Made by a program: the position numbers and the translations under genes | The notes under the pieces: model-generated | Seen by the model: only the letters and a program-made list of their open reading frames with translations | Told to the model about the DNA's origin: nothing | Database searches by the model: none | Assembly: GCA_041640655.1 (NCBI GenBank) | Contig: JBEPZV010000003.1 | Coordinates: forward strand, 32,001 to 96,000 | Length of the DNA stretch: 64,000 nt | From: a bacterium | GTDB lineage: Bacteria; Acidobacteriota; Blastocatellia; HR10 | Direction of reading: 5' to 3' | Shown: positions 34,246 to 43,790 of the stretch, piece by piece | How the letters are laid out: the number at the start of each line of letters is the position of its first letter | Position numbering within the stretch: position 1 is the first letter of the stretch

Positions 34246-34440
34246 ATGGAAGAGCGACAAGATTTGAACGAGACAACGCACGCTCAGGAGCAAGAGGAAG
34301 AAATCACTTATCACGCCGTCGAGAAAGACGGCGAAATCGCCGCCATCTGGGTCATGAAAGGGAGAAAGCATCTGCGCACGATTGACCCACGAAGCGAAGA
34401 AGGACGTCGAATCCTTCAAGCTTATCGGCCGAGCCCATAG
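34246..34440 (+). CDS. Small hypothetical protein (64 aa) upstream of dnaA
   Basis: AAGGAG 8 nt before the ATG; candidate promoter TTGACG-18-CACAAT (34198-34227); protein-like composition; no family recognised. Confidence 0.6.
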   Translation: MEERQDLNETTHAQEQEEEITYHAVEKDGEIAAIWVMKGRKHLRTIDPRSEEGRRILQAYRPSP

Positions 34441-34538
34441 TATTCCGCATCTCGCCGTGACCGTGGCGCATGCTCCTTCACTGAAGAGCTTGCGCTTGTG
34501 ACCTTCCCCGTATAGCCGAAAAAATTTTCGAATGAGCT

Positions 34539-34683
34539 GTGGATTTTTCTTGCCAAACGGGCGATTTTGTGCTAATCTTTGGCCGGTTTTCAACAGGATA
34601 AGTTATTGAAAATAAAGGCACTTATATGTCTAAAGCCGTTTTTGAGGTCGAGATTTTTGTGGTTGTGGAAATCTTGTGGAAAA
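34539..34683. promoter_or_regulatory. AT-rich region with DnaA-box-like sites upstream of dnaA
   Basis: TGTGGATTT (34539), TTTTCAACA (34587), TGTGGAAAT (34664), TGTGGAAAA (34675); TAAG..ACTTA motif at 34599-34624. Confidence 0.65.
34550..34578 (+). promoter_or_regulatory. Putative dnaA promoter
   Basis: TTGCCA-17-TAATCT with extended TG; DnaA-box-like TGTGGATTT just upstream (34539-34547). Confidence 0.65.
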
Positions 34684-34792
34684 CTTCGATTACTTACGCC
34701 GATGCAATAAGGTCGGGGCGATTCGCCAGACCCTGGGATTTCCATCTTGCGGAGCAAAGCTGGAGCAGAGATCTCGATAAGGAGTGGGGCGT

Positions 34793-36181
34793 ATGTCACA
34801 TCAAATCTGGGACGCGCTGCTTTCAGCCATAGAGAAGCGGGTCAATCATCACAGCTTCACTACCTGGTTCCTGCCCTTGATCTTCCGGGAGGCGAGGAAC
34901 AACACGATCACCGTCGAAGCTCCTAATGAGATGTTCCGTGATTGGATCACAGAGAACTACACGGATGTGATCGAGGAGGCGCTCGCGGAGCTTCAGCTGA
35001 CAAGCCATACGATCAGGTTCATTGTCAAAGGAGAAGAAGAGCCCTCGGAAGGTACGCCTAAGAGCGAGCCGTCTGAGAATCACGCGAAGCTCTCGCTCTT
35101 TGAGGAGGAAGAAGAGCTGATCATTCCTCCGGCGATGCGATTCGTGGATCTGGAGCCCGTTGAGCTTCCCTTAAATCCGAGATATACCTTCGACACGTTC
35201 GTCGTCGGTTCCTCCAATCAATTCGCGCATGCCGCCGCCTTGGCCGTAGCCGAATCTCCGTCAAAGGCTTATAATCCCTTGTACATTTATGGTGGCGTGG
35301 GACTGGGCAAAACGCATCTCATGCACGCCATTGGCCATGCGATCCGGGCGAAGAACAAACATCTCCGCCTCACCTATGTCTCCTCGGAGCGTTTCATGAA
35401 CGAGCTGATCAATGCCATTCGCTACGATAAGACCCTCGCCTTTCGCGAGAAGTACCGAAATATAGATGTCCTCCTCATTGATGACATTCAGTTCCTCGCC
35501 GGGAAGGAGCGCACGCAGGAGGAATTCTTCCACACGTTCAATGCGCTCTACGATGCCCAGAAGCAGATCGTCATCACGAGCGATTGTCCCCCGCGTGAAA
35601 TCCCCACGTTGGAAGAACGACTCCACTCTCGATTCGAGTGGGGATTGATCGCCGACATTCAGCCCCCCGATTTGGAGACGAAGGTGGCCATTCTCAAACG
35701 AAAGGCCGAACAGGAGAAGATCAGTCTCCCGGATAACGTGGCGCTCTTCATCGCCAGCAAAATCAAATCGAATATTCGCGAGCTGGAAGGCGCTTTGATC
35801 CGCTTGATCGCTTATTCCTCACTGACAGGGCGTCCCATCAGCCTCTCGCTGGCTCAGGAGGCGCTTCGTGGACTCATTGATGAGGAGGAAGAGAAAGCGA
35901 TCACAATCGAGCTGATCCAAAAGACGGTGGCCGATTATTTCGGCCTGCGCGTCTCCGACCTGAAATCGCGGAACAATTCCCGCTCCGTGGCTGAGCCCAG
36001 GCAGATCGCCATGTACCTGTGCAAGCGCCTGACGAAAGCAAGCCTGCCGGAGATCGGTCGAGAATTCGGAGGGAAGCATCATACGACCGTGCTGCATAGC
36101 ATCAATAAGATCAGCGAGCTGTACGAGCAGCGAGAAGATTTCCACAGGATTATCAACAGCCTAATTGATAGACTCAGCTAG
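34793..36181 (+). CDS. dnaA: Chromosomal replication initiator DnaA
   Basis: ATG 34793 after [53 protein letters not shown], domain IV HTH. Confidence 0.98.
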   Translation: MSHQIWDALLSAIEKRVNHHSFTTWFLPLIFREARNNTITVEAPNEMFRDWITENYTDVIEEALAELQLTSHTIRFIVKGEEEPSEGTPKSEPSENHAKLSLFEEEEELIIPPAMRFVDLEPVELPLNPRYTFDTFVVGSSNQFAHAAALAVAESPSKAYNPLYIYGGVGLGKTHLMHAIGHAIRAKNKHLRLTYVSSERFMNELINAIRYDKTLAFREKYRNIDVLLIDDIQFLAGKERTQEEFFHTFNALYDAQKQIVITSDCPPREIPTLEERLHSRFEWGLIADIQPPDLETKVAILKRKAEQEKISLPDNVALFIASKIKSNIRELEGALIRLIAYSSLTGRPISLSLAQEALRGLIDEEEEKAITIELIQKTVADYFGLRVSDLKSRNNSRSVAEPRQIAMYLCKRLTKASLPEIGREFGGKHHTTVLHSINKISELYEQREDFHRIINSLIDRLS

Positions 36182-36410
36182 ACTTAGTATGGTTTTCCAC
36201 AGACCCCACCTGTGGATGGCTTGTGGAAAAATGTGGAAAGTCTCCAGAAGGCGATTTCTTCCACAGGCTTTCACAGATCTTCCACAGGATTTTCCACAAG
36301 CCGCGATTAGCGTAAGATATTTTGAATCAAGTACTTATCGAAAATCATCCACATTTCCACAGGCCCTACTACGACTACTGGCTTTTATCTATAGCTTTTT
36401 AAAAACTCTA
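36138..36410. other. oriC: Chromosomal replication origin oriC (dnaA-dnaN intergenic region, extending into the dnaA 3' end)
   Basis: About 12 DnaA-box-like 9-mers (36138, 36150, 36193, 36211, 36222, 36232, 36257, 36267, 36278, 36290, 36345, 36353); IHF consensus AATCAAGTACTTA (36325-36337); GGCCC + TACTACGACTACT trios (36362-36379); AT-rich tract 36383-36405. By eye the + strand is C-rich in parAB and G-rich in dnaN. Confidence 0.93.
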
Positions 36411-36429
36411 GGGAATAGGGAGAAGTCCT

Positions 36430-37536
36430 ATGCGTGCGACCATAGAGAAGCAGCAGCTTCACCGTGAGCTTCAGTTGGTTCAGACGGTTGTCGAACGTCG
36501 GGCGGTGATTCCGGCGCTCACCACCGTTCGGATGGAGGTCACCGATCACAGGGTCATCTTCACGGGGACGGATTTGGATACGAGCTTGCGGGTGTGGTGT
36601 GAGGCGCGGGAGACCGAGCCTGGGGTGGTGTGTCTTCCGGCTCGGAAGCTTGGCGAGATTGTTCGTCTCTTGCCGGATGAGCCTGTGGTGCTCGAAGGTG
36701 ATGAGGCGCGGGTGGTGGTGCGGTGTGGGCGGGCGCGGTTTCGACTGGCCGCTCATCCGGTGGAGAATTTCCCCGAAGTGCCGACGTTTCCGGACCGTGA
36801 AGCGGGGTCGTGGGGGGCGGAGGCTCTCGGTCGGGCGATCGAGCGTGTGATCTTCGCCACATCGCTTGAGGAGTCCCGGTATACCCTCTCGGGCGTTCAG
36901 ATGGAGTGGTGGGATGGGGGATTTCGGCTTGTGGCGACCGATGGTCATCGGTTGGCGCTTGTGGACGGTTCACCTCAGGCCGTGCCGGAGGAGAGAAGTG
37001 CCTGTTTGATTCATCGCAAGACGATGCAGGAGCTTCTTCGGCTCATTGAGCATGCCGAGGGTGACGCAGAGGTTCACTTTGCTCAGGATGCCCATCACGT
37101 GTATTTTCGGGTTGGTGGGCGGGAGTTGATCTCGCGGCTGCTCACGGGTCAATTTCCGAACTATGAGCTGGTGATTCCGAGGGAGCACGTGATGCGCGCG
37201 TGTGTGGATGCGGCTCTCTTTCGGGATGCGTGTCGCCGCGTCATGACCTTGGCGGATGAGCGGAGCCGTGGGGTCACGCTGAGTTTTTCCGGGGGTGGGC
37301 TCACGCTCACGGCTCGGACGGCGCAAGGGGAAGAGGAGGCGGTTGAGGAGATGCCCAGCGAGACCGATGGGGAGCCGCTTGTCGTCGCGTTCAATGGGGA
37401 GTATCTGTTAGATTTCTTCGATGTCGTGCGCGAGGGCATGGTGGAGGTGGGATTGAAGGATGCGCAGAGTCCGGCCCTTTGGCGACCGGTGGGGGAGTCG
37501 TATGTCTATGTCGTGATGCCGATGCGGCTCATGTGA
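36430..37536 (+). CDS. dnaN: DNA polymerase III beta clamp
   Basis: 368 aa; TGTDLD, LPARKL, VATDGHRLA, GQFPNYE, AFNGEYLLD, YVVMPMRL. Confidence 0.95.
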   Translation: MRATIEKQQLHRELQLVQTVVERRAVIPALTTVRMEVTDHRVIFTGTDLDTSLRVWCEARETEPGVVCLPARKLGEIVRLLPDEPVVLEGDEARVVVRCGRARFRLAAHPVENFPEVPTFPDREAGSWGAEALGRAIERVIFATSLEESRYTLSGVQMEWWDGGFRLVATDGHRLALVDGSPQAVPEERSACLIHRKTMQELLRLIEHAEGDAEVHFAQDAHHVYFRVGGRELISRLLTGQFPNYELVIPREHVMRACVDAALFRDACRRVMTLADERSRGVTLSFSGGGLTLTARTAQGEEEAVEEMPSETDGEPLVVAFNGEYLLDFFDVVREGMVEVGLKDAQSPALWRPVGESYVYVVMPMRLM

Positions 37537-37656
37537 ATGCGCCGCTCGGGCACGGATGTGAGGTCTGGGCGCACGTGGCGGGGGGCTTTTTGAAGATCCC
37601 TGGCACGAGTGTGATACAATTGCTGAGCGCGACTTCTGGGGGCGAGGAGGATGGAA

Positions 37657-38442
37657 ATGGCGGAGACGGTGATCCAGGTGGACAATTTGACGAAGCGGTA
37701 TGACGGGGTCTTGGCGGTTGATCGGATCTCGTTCACCATCGCTCAGGGAGAGATCGTCGGGTATCTCGGCCCGAATGGAGCGGGGAAGAGCACGACGGTG
37801 AAGATGCTCACAGGAGTGCTGCGTCCGACCGAGGGATCTATTCTCATTGATGGCATAGACCTTTTGAAGGCTCCGATCGAGGTGAAACAGCGCATCGGGT
37901 ATGTCCCGGAGACAGGGGGGGTATACGAGAGCCTGACGGCTTATGAATATCTGCAGCTCGTCGGACGCCTCTATCACCTTCCGGAAGAGCTTCTGGAGCA
38001 CCGCATCGAGGAATTTCTGAAGATGTTCGGACTCGATGGGGTCATGCATGAGCGGCTCTCCAGCTACTCAAAGGGGATGAAGCAGAAGGTGCTCATTTCG
38101 GCTGCACTTCTTCATAATCCGAAGGTGCTCTTTCTCGATGAACCGCTCACAGGGCTTGATGCGCACAGTGCTCTGTTATTAAAAGAGCTCATTCGGCGTC
38201 TCGCGGCCGAGGGGAAGACGATCTTCTACTGCTCGCACATCCTGGACGTGGTGGAGCGGACGTGCACGCGGGTGATCATTCTTCACCAGGGGCGGATCGT
38301 CGCCGATGGTTCTGTCGAACAGTTGAAAGAGCTGACGCGTCAGGGGACGCTCGAGGATATCTTCAAGCAGCTGACCTACAGCGCCAATATTGAGGAGCTG
38401 GCGCAGGCTTTCGCCCGAAGCATTGTGGAGATGAGCGCATGA
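37657..38442 (+). CDS. ABC transporter ATP-binding protein (exporter type)
   Basis: GPNGAGKST, YSKGMKQK, LFLDEP, SH switch; GAGGAG RBS (alternative start 37651); extended -10 TGaTACAAT at 37612-37620. Confidence 0.92.
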   Translation: MAETVIQVDNLTKRYDGVLAVDRISFTIAQGEIVGYLGPNGAGKSTTVKMLTGVLRPTEGSILIDGIDLLKAPIEVKQRIGYVPETGGVYESLTAYEYLQLVGRLYHLPEELLEHRIEEFLKMFGLDGVMHERLSSYSKGMKQKVLISAALLHNPKVLFLDEPLTGLDAHSALLLKELIRRLAAEGKTIFYCSHILDVVERTCTRVIILHQGRIVADGSVEQLKELTRQGTLEDIFKQLTYSANIEELAQAFARSIVEMSA

Positions 38443-40115
38443 GCCGTTGGCTTCTGACCCTCGCCGAGCGCGCGGCTCGTCGCATGGGGATTGACCCGCA
38501 TCAGTATTGGCATCTGCTGCGCATCTCGCTCGTTTTGGACTTTCGACGCCAGAGCGCCGTGTCCTCCGGTCAGTCCACGCAATCGGCCTTACTGATGACG
38601 TGTCTCGTCTTTGGGTTCTTCAGCCTCATGCTCGCCCTCTTCACCTTTCGGACGCTGAACACCTTCCTCTACTCGTTCATGTTCCTCGCCTACTCGATGG
38701 TCATGGTCGCCTTCATCGTCCTCTCCGAGTTCGGCGCGACGATCATCAGCCCCGACGACTATGAGATCCTGGGGCATCGTCCGATCGCTTCTCGGACCTA
38801 TTTCGCCGTGAAGTTGAGCAATCTACTCTTCTACGTTCTTGTGATCGGCTCAGCGCTCAACGTCTTTCCGGGACTGCTCGGAGCATTTTCGGAATCCGCT
38901 GATCGTCTGTTCCCGTTCATCTACTTTCCGGTGGCGCTGGTGGCCTGCCTCTTCTCGGCGATGGTGGTCGTGCTCTTGTATGGCGCTCTGCTGCGCGTGG
39001 TCAACTATGAGCGGTTCAAGGACGCCCTCGTTTATATTCAGGTCGTCTTCTCGTTCTTCGCCTTCTTCGGCTACCAGGTGTTATTGCGCGCGATGCCCTA
39101 TTTGGAGCAGGGGCAGCCGAGTGGGGGGCATCGCGTGCTTCTCATCGCTCCACCCGGATGGTTCGCTGGACTGGTGCAGCTCGGGCTCGGGCAGTGGGAG
39201 CGCGATTACGTGCTCTGGGCGGGGTGGGGGGGGCTCATGACGGGGGTGCTGGTCGGCGCAGGGTTGCGCAGTTTCTCTCTGGAGTACTCCTTTCATCTGG
39301 CGCGGTTGCGGACGGCGACGGCCGAGCGGCGGCGCTCGCGCTCTCCCTCTCGCGCGCGGATCGCGCGGGCGCTCGAGCGGGTCTTGGCCAGGAGTTCTGA
39401 AGAGCGCGCTGCTTTTTTCTTCGTCCGGCAGATGTTGCGGAGAAATCGCACGCTGAAGCTGCGCTTGTATCCGGCCCTGGGGTTCCCCATTGCTTTTCTC
39501 GCCCTCGGCATCATGGAGAAGAGCATGGGGGATCCCTTCCTCCCGAGCAAGCGATTTCCCTCGATGGCGCTCTTCATGGTGCTGGTGGGTCCGCTCTTGA
39601 TCTTGAACTTCCAGGCGCTGCTCCCGTACTCGGAAGAGCATGCGGCCGGATGGCTCTTTCGCGTGGCCCCTGTGCGAGACCTCACGCGATTGTTCGCTGG
39701 CGTGAGGAGAGCATTTCTGATCTCCATCCTTCTGCCGCTTTTTCTTCTCATAGGGCTGCTCCTGTCCTGGTTCTGGACGCCGGCCCATGCCTTCTGGCAT
39801 GCGGCCATTGGCCTCATCCTCAGCTATCTCTTCCTCGGCGTTGCGCTCCTGTTCTATCGCGGCGGATTCCCGTTCTCGCAGGAGCCGGCGAAGATGACGC
39901 AGACGCAGCAGATGACGCTGGCCTTCCTCTCCATGCCTCTCTTCGGCGGATTGTTCTTCCTCATGTACGTTCTGTATCGGTATCCGAGATGGCTCGCTTC
40001 GGCGGCGATCGTTTTGCTTCTCCTCGGATGGGGGCTGAATCGCGCCGCCGATCGGAAGGCCGCTCACGCGACGAGGCGACAGCTGAAGGAGACGCTCTTT
40101 ACGGAGATCGAGTGA
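38439..40115 (+). CDS. Multi-pass membrane protein, probable ABC exporter permease
   Basis: 558 aa with roughly 12-13 hydrophobic segments in two halves; ATGA overlap with the ATPase gene. Confidence 0.75.
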   Translation: MSRWLLTLAERAARRMGIDPHQYWHLLRISLVLDFRRQSAVSSGQSTQSALLMTCLVFGFFSLMLALFTFRTLNTFLYSFMFLAYSMVMVAFIVLSEFGATIISPDDYEILGHRPIASRTYFAVKLSNLLFYVLVIGSALNVFPGLLGAFSESADRLFPFIYFPVALVACLFSAMVVVLLYGALLRVVNYERFKDALVYIQVVFSFFAFFGYQVLLRAMPYLEQGQPSGGHRVLLIAPPGWFAGLVQLGLGQWERDYVLWAGWGGLMTGVLVGAGLRSFSLEYSFHLARLRTATAERRRSRSPSRARIARALERVLARSSEERAAFFFVRQMLRRNRTLKLRLYPALGFPIAFLALGIMEKSMGDPFLPSKRFPSMALFMVLVGPLLILNFQALLPYSEEHAAGWLFRVAPVRDLTRLFAGVRRAFLISILLPLFLLIGLLLSWFWTPAHAFWHAAIGLILSYLFLGVALLFYRGGFPFSQEPAKMTQTQQMTLAFLSMPLFGGLFFLMYVLYRYPRWLASAAIVLLLLGWGLNRAADRKAAHATRRQLKETLFTEIE

Positions 40116-40362
40116 TCGAGTGGTGGGTTGGCCCGGTCGCGCGGAGCATCTTGCGGGGGCTTCTGAAAATACGCTCATTGGGTTTGCGGATGGGCTGATG
40201 CGTTCCCGCTCTGAATCCGAGCTCACGGGAGCGAGGCAGTGAGGGCAAGGCTGTCTGGCGCTTGCTTTTCGCGGCCGGGAAAACATACAATCCTCAAGCT
40301 TGAAGTGACGCAACGCGCGCGGAAGACCCAGCGTGCGATCTTCGAGATCGAGGAGGTGAGCC

Positions 40363-42843
40363 ATGATGCTGAACAACCGAAGCACGCGTCTCTGGGGTCG
40401 AGCCCTCTCTTTGATGGTGTCGCTCTCGGTGCTTTTGACCCTTTGGCTCATTGGAGTGGCGCGCGGGCAGACGCAAGAGACATACAAGAAGCCTCCCCGG
40501 GAGATTCTGGAAGTGCTTCATGCGCCGATCACGCCGCAAGTCTCCGTCAGTCCGACGCGCGATTTCCTAATGTTGATTGAAGGCGTGCGGTACCCACCGA
40601 TTGCCGAGCTGGCGCAGCCGATGTTGCGTCTGGCCGGTCTTCGGATCAATCCGAAGACGAATGGGCCGCATCGTGATCCGTACATCGTCTCGCTGGTGCT
40701 CGTGCGAATCGCCGATGGAGCGGAGACCAAAGTCGTGCTTCCGGAAGGGGCGCGTCCGGGCATCCCGCGTTGGAGTCCTGATGGACGACACTTCGCATTC
40801 TTGAATACGCTGGAGAACGGAATCGAATTGTGGGTGGGGGAGACGGCGACGGGGCGGATTCGTCGTCTCGTGGAGGCGAAGATCAATGCGGCGTATGGCG
40901 AACCGTTCCAGTGGATGCCGGATGCGCGCACGGTACTTGTTCAGCTCATCCCGGAGGGACGCGGACGGCCTCCGGAGCCTCCGACGGTTCCCGTCGGACC
41001 CACGGTCCAGGAGGGATCGGGTCGTCCCACGCCCGTTCGCACGTATCAGGACCTGCTGCGCACGCCGCATGATGAGGCGCTCTTCGAGTACTACGCTCGG
41101 GCGCAGCTCGCTCTTGTGGACATCGCCGATGGCCGCCTGACGCGCATTGGGTCGTCGGACATCTTCCAGACGGTTGAACCCTCTCCGGACGGCCGATATC
41201 TGCTGGTCGCCCGCGTGCATCGGCCATATTCCTACTTGGTGCCGCACACGGCTTTCCCGAAGGAGGTCGAAGTTTGGGATCGCTCTGGGCGCTTGGTCTA
41301 TAAGCTGGCGAGCTTGCCTTTGCAGGAGCATGTTCCGATCGAGGGGGTGCCCACTGGTCCTCGCGAATATGCCTGGCGGCCGACCGAACCGGCGACGCTC
41401 GTATGGGTCGAAGCTCTGGATGAGGGTGATCCGCGCAAGCGCGTCCCCTATCGCGATCGCCTGATGATGCTCAAGGCGCCGTTCACGGATGCGCCGATCG
41501 AGGTGTTGAAGCTCGAGCATCGGTTCGCGGGCCTTCAGTGGGGAGAGCGCGGAGGATGGGCCTTCGTGCGCGATTACGATCGCAATCGGCGGTGGCGGCG
41601 CACGTTCTTGATCTATCCCGATGATCGGACCATCGCGCCGCGTCTGGTCTGGAGTCTCAACGTGCAAGATCGCTACAACGATCCGGGCACACCCGTCCTG
41701 CGCCTCCTGCCCAATGGACAGCGCGTGATTCAGCAGCACGGGGAGTGGATCTTCCTCATCGGGGCTGGCGCTTCGCCTGAAGGGGAGCGCCCCTTTCTGG
41801 ATCGCTTCAACGTGAGGACGTTGACGAGCGAGCGTCTCTTCCGGTGCGATGAGCGAAGCTATGAGACCATCATCGCGCTGCTTCGAGATGACGGCACGGA
41901 GGTGCTCACCCGTCGAGAGACGCCCACGGATCCTCCGAACTACTATGTCCGCACGCTGAGCGGGGGACAGGCGACGGCGCCACGCGCCCTCACGCGGTTC
42001 TCCGATCCCACGCCGCAACTGCGGAAGATCAGGAGGCAACTGGTCACCTATCAACGTGAGGATGGCGTGCAGCTCTCGTTCACCCTCTATCTGCCACCCG
42101 ATTACAAGGAGGGAACGCGCTTGCCGACAGTCGTGTGGGCGTATCCGATCGAGTTCACCGATCCGAGTGTCGCCAGCCAAGTCGCCGGTTCTCCCCACCG
42201 GTTCCTGACGATTCAAGGGCCTTCGCATCTCTTCTTCGTCCTGGCCGGATATGCCGTCCTGGACAATGTCGCCATGCCGGTGGTCGGTGATCCGGAGACG
42301 GTGAATAACACCTTCCTGGAGCAGATCGTCATGAACGCGCGCGCAGCCATTCGCAAAGCTGTGGAGATGGGCGTGACCGATCCTGATCGCGTGGGCGTCG
42401 CCGGCCATAGCTACGGCGCGTTCATGACGGCGAATCTTCTGGCGCATTCGGACCTCTTCCGCGCGGGCATCGCGCGCAGCGGGGCCTACAATCGCACGTT
42501 GACCCCATTCGGCTTCCAAAACGAGCGGCGCACACTGTGGGAAGCGCCCGATCTGTACATCACGGTCTCGCCGCTCATGGCCGCGCACAAGATCAATGAG
42601 CCGCTCCTGCTCATTCACGGCGAGGCGGACAATAATCCGGGGACGTTCCCGATCCAATCCGAGCGGATGTACCACGCCGTTCGAGGCAATGGCGGGACGG
42701 TTCGCCTGGTCATGCTCCCGCATGAGTCGCACGGCTACGTCGCGCGCGAGTCGGTCGAGCACACGCTCTACGAGATGCTCGCGTGGTTCGATAAGTATGT
42801 CAAAAACGCGCCCCCGAGGGAGCGCGTGGAGACCGGTCGGTGA
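40363..42843 (+). CDS. Secreted S9 (prolyl oligopeptidase family) peptidase, glutamyl-endopeptidase-like
   Basis: AGGAGG RBS, signal peptide, WSPDG/PSPDG propeller repeats, GHSYG nucleophile, IHGEADNN, PHESHGY; promoter-like TTGCTT-18-TACAAT at 40262-40291. Confidence 0.92.
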   Translation: MMLNNRSTRLWGRALSLMVSLSVLLTLWLIGVARGQTQETYKKPPREILEVLHAPITPQVSVSPTRDFLMLIEGVRYPPIAELAQPMLRLAGLRINPKTNGPHRDPYIVSLVLVRIADGAETKVVLPEGARPGIPRWSPDGRHFAFLNTLENGIELWVGETATGRIRRLVEAKINAAYGEPFQWMPDARTVLVQLIPEGRGRPPEPPTVPVGPTVQEGSGRPTPVRTYQDLLRTPHDEALFEYYARAQLALVDIADGRLTRIGSSDIFQTVEPSPDGRYLLVARVHRPYSYLVPHTAFPKEVEVWDRSGRLVYKLASLPLQEHVPIEGVPTGPREYAWRPTEPATLVWVEALDEGDPRKRVPYRDRLMMLKAPFTDAPIEVLKLEHRFAGLQWGERGGWAFVRDYDRNRRWRRTFLIYPDDRTIAPRLVWSLNVQDRYNDPGTPVLRLLPNGQRVIQQHGEWIFLIGAGASPEGERPFLDRFNVRTLTSERLFRCDERSYETIIALLRDDGTEVLTRRETPTDPPNYYVRTLSGGQATAPRALTRFSDPTPQLRKIRRQLVTYQREDGVQLSFTLYLPPDYKEGTRLPTVVWAYPIEFTDPSVASQVAGSPHRFLTIQGPSHLFFVLAGYAVLDNVAMPVVGDPETVNNTFLEQIVMNARAAIRKAVEMGVTDPDRVGVAGHSYGAFMTANLLAHSDLFRAGIARSGAYNRTLTPFGFQNERRTLWEAPDLYITVSPLMAAHKINEPLLLIHGEADNNPGTFPIQSERMYHAVRGNGGTVRLVMLPHESHGYVARESVEHTLYEMLAWFDKYVKNAPPRERVETGR

Positions 42844-42870
42844 GCGCGCGCGGGCGCCGGGCCGTTTGTT

Positions 42871-43746
42871 TCACCCCCCTTCGGATCGGACGTCGGCCAG
42901 AAGGGGGCTGAGGCTCGCCTGCCGGTATTCGCGTGGCGTCAATCCGGTCCAGGCCTTGAAGGCCTTGGCGAAGTGGCTCTGACTCGCATAACCGACGCGT
43001 CGGCTGATCTCCAACATCGAGAGATCGGTCGTCACCAGCAAGCGCGCGGCCTGTTCCAGCCGCACGCTCGCTAAATAGGCGTGCGGGGTCATCCCGATCA
43101 GCCGCTTGAACAACCGCGCGAAGTGGAAGGCGCTCAAGAAAGCGGCGCGCGCCATGTCCGTGAGGCGCAGGTCTTCGTCGAAATGGGCGTGAATGAATTC
43201 GATCGCCCGGCGCAGCCGGCGGTCCACGAATCCGAAGCGCGAGAATTCCAGGTCGAGATTGCGCCGGACCAGGAGATGGTGGCGGAACAGGTGCACGAGG
43301 ATGTGCTCCACAAGCGCATCGAGGATCACTTCGTGTCCGATCCTTGGGTGGCGCAGCTCGTCTCGGGCGGAGGCGCAAAGGGCGACCAGATGTGGATCGG
43401 CGACCACGCGTTCGCGGAAGACGAACTCCTGACCGATGCGCGTCAGCCGAAGCCGCGTGGCCATATCGGCGACGAGCCCTGGATGCACGCGCAGCACGAC
43501 CATCTCCACCGGTCCACGCCGTGAGCGGAGAGTATGGCGCACGAGGGGGTCAAGTAGCGCCGTCATCCCCGGCGACACCTCGGCGATCTCGCCGGAGACG
43601 GAGAGGCGCGCGCTCCCCTGGAGCAAGCACCGGACGACGTGGCTCGTGGACGCAGCCGCGGCGATGGCGAGCGCATCGCGCTTGATATAGTGCAGCTCAT
43701 ACCGAGGCGTCGCGCGGACGCGCACGTCTTCGGAATCTCGACTCAT
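42871..43746 (-). CDS. AraC-family transcriptional regulator
   Basis: ATG 43746 after GGAGG; cupin-like N-terminus; LSAFHFARLFK...GYASQSHFAKAFKAWTGLTPREYR. Confidence 0.92.
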   Translation of the reverse strand: MSRDSEDVRVRATPRYELHYIKRDALAIAAAASTSHVVRCLLQGSARLSVSGEIAEVSPGMTALLDPLVRHTLRSRRGPVEMVVLRVHPGLVADMATRLRLTRIGQEFVFRERVVADPHLVALCASARDELRHPRIGHEVILDALVEHILVHLFRHHLLVRRNLDLEFSRFGFVDRRLRRAIEFIHAHFDEDLRLTDMARAAFLSAFHFARLFKRLIGMTPHAYLASVRLEQAARLLVTTDLSMLEISRRVGYASQSHFAKAFKAWTGLTPREYRQASLSPLLADVRSEGG

Positions 43747-43790
43747 GTCGGCCTCCGACGAGCGTTCGCCGGGTGGCAGAATGATGGACG

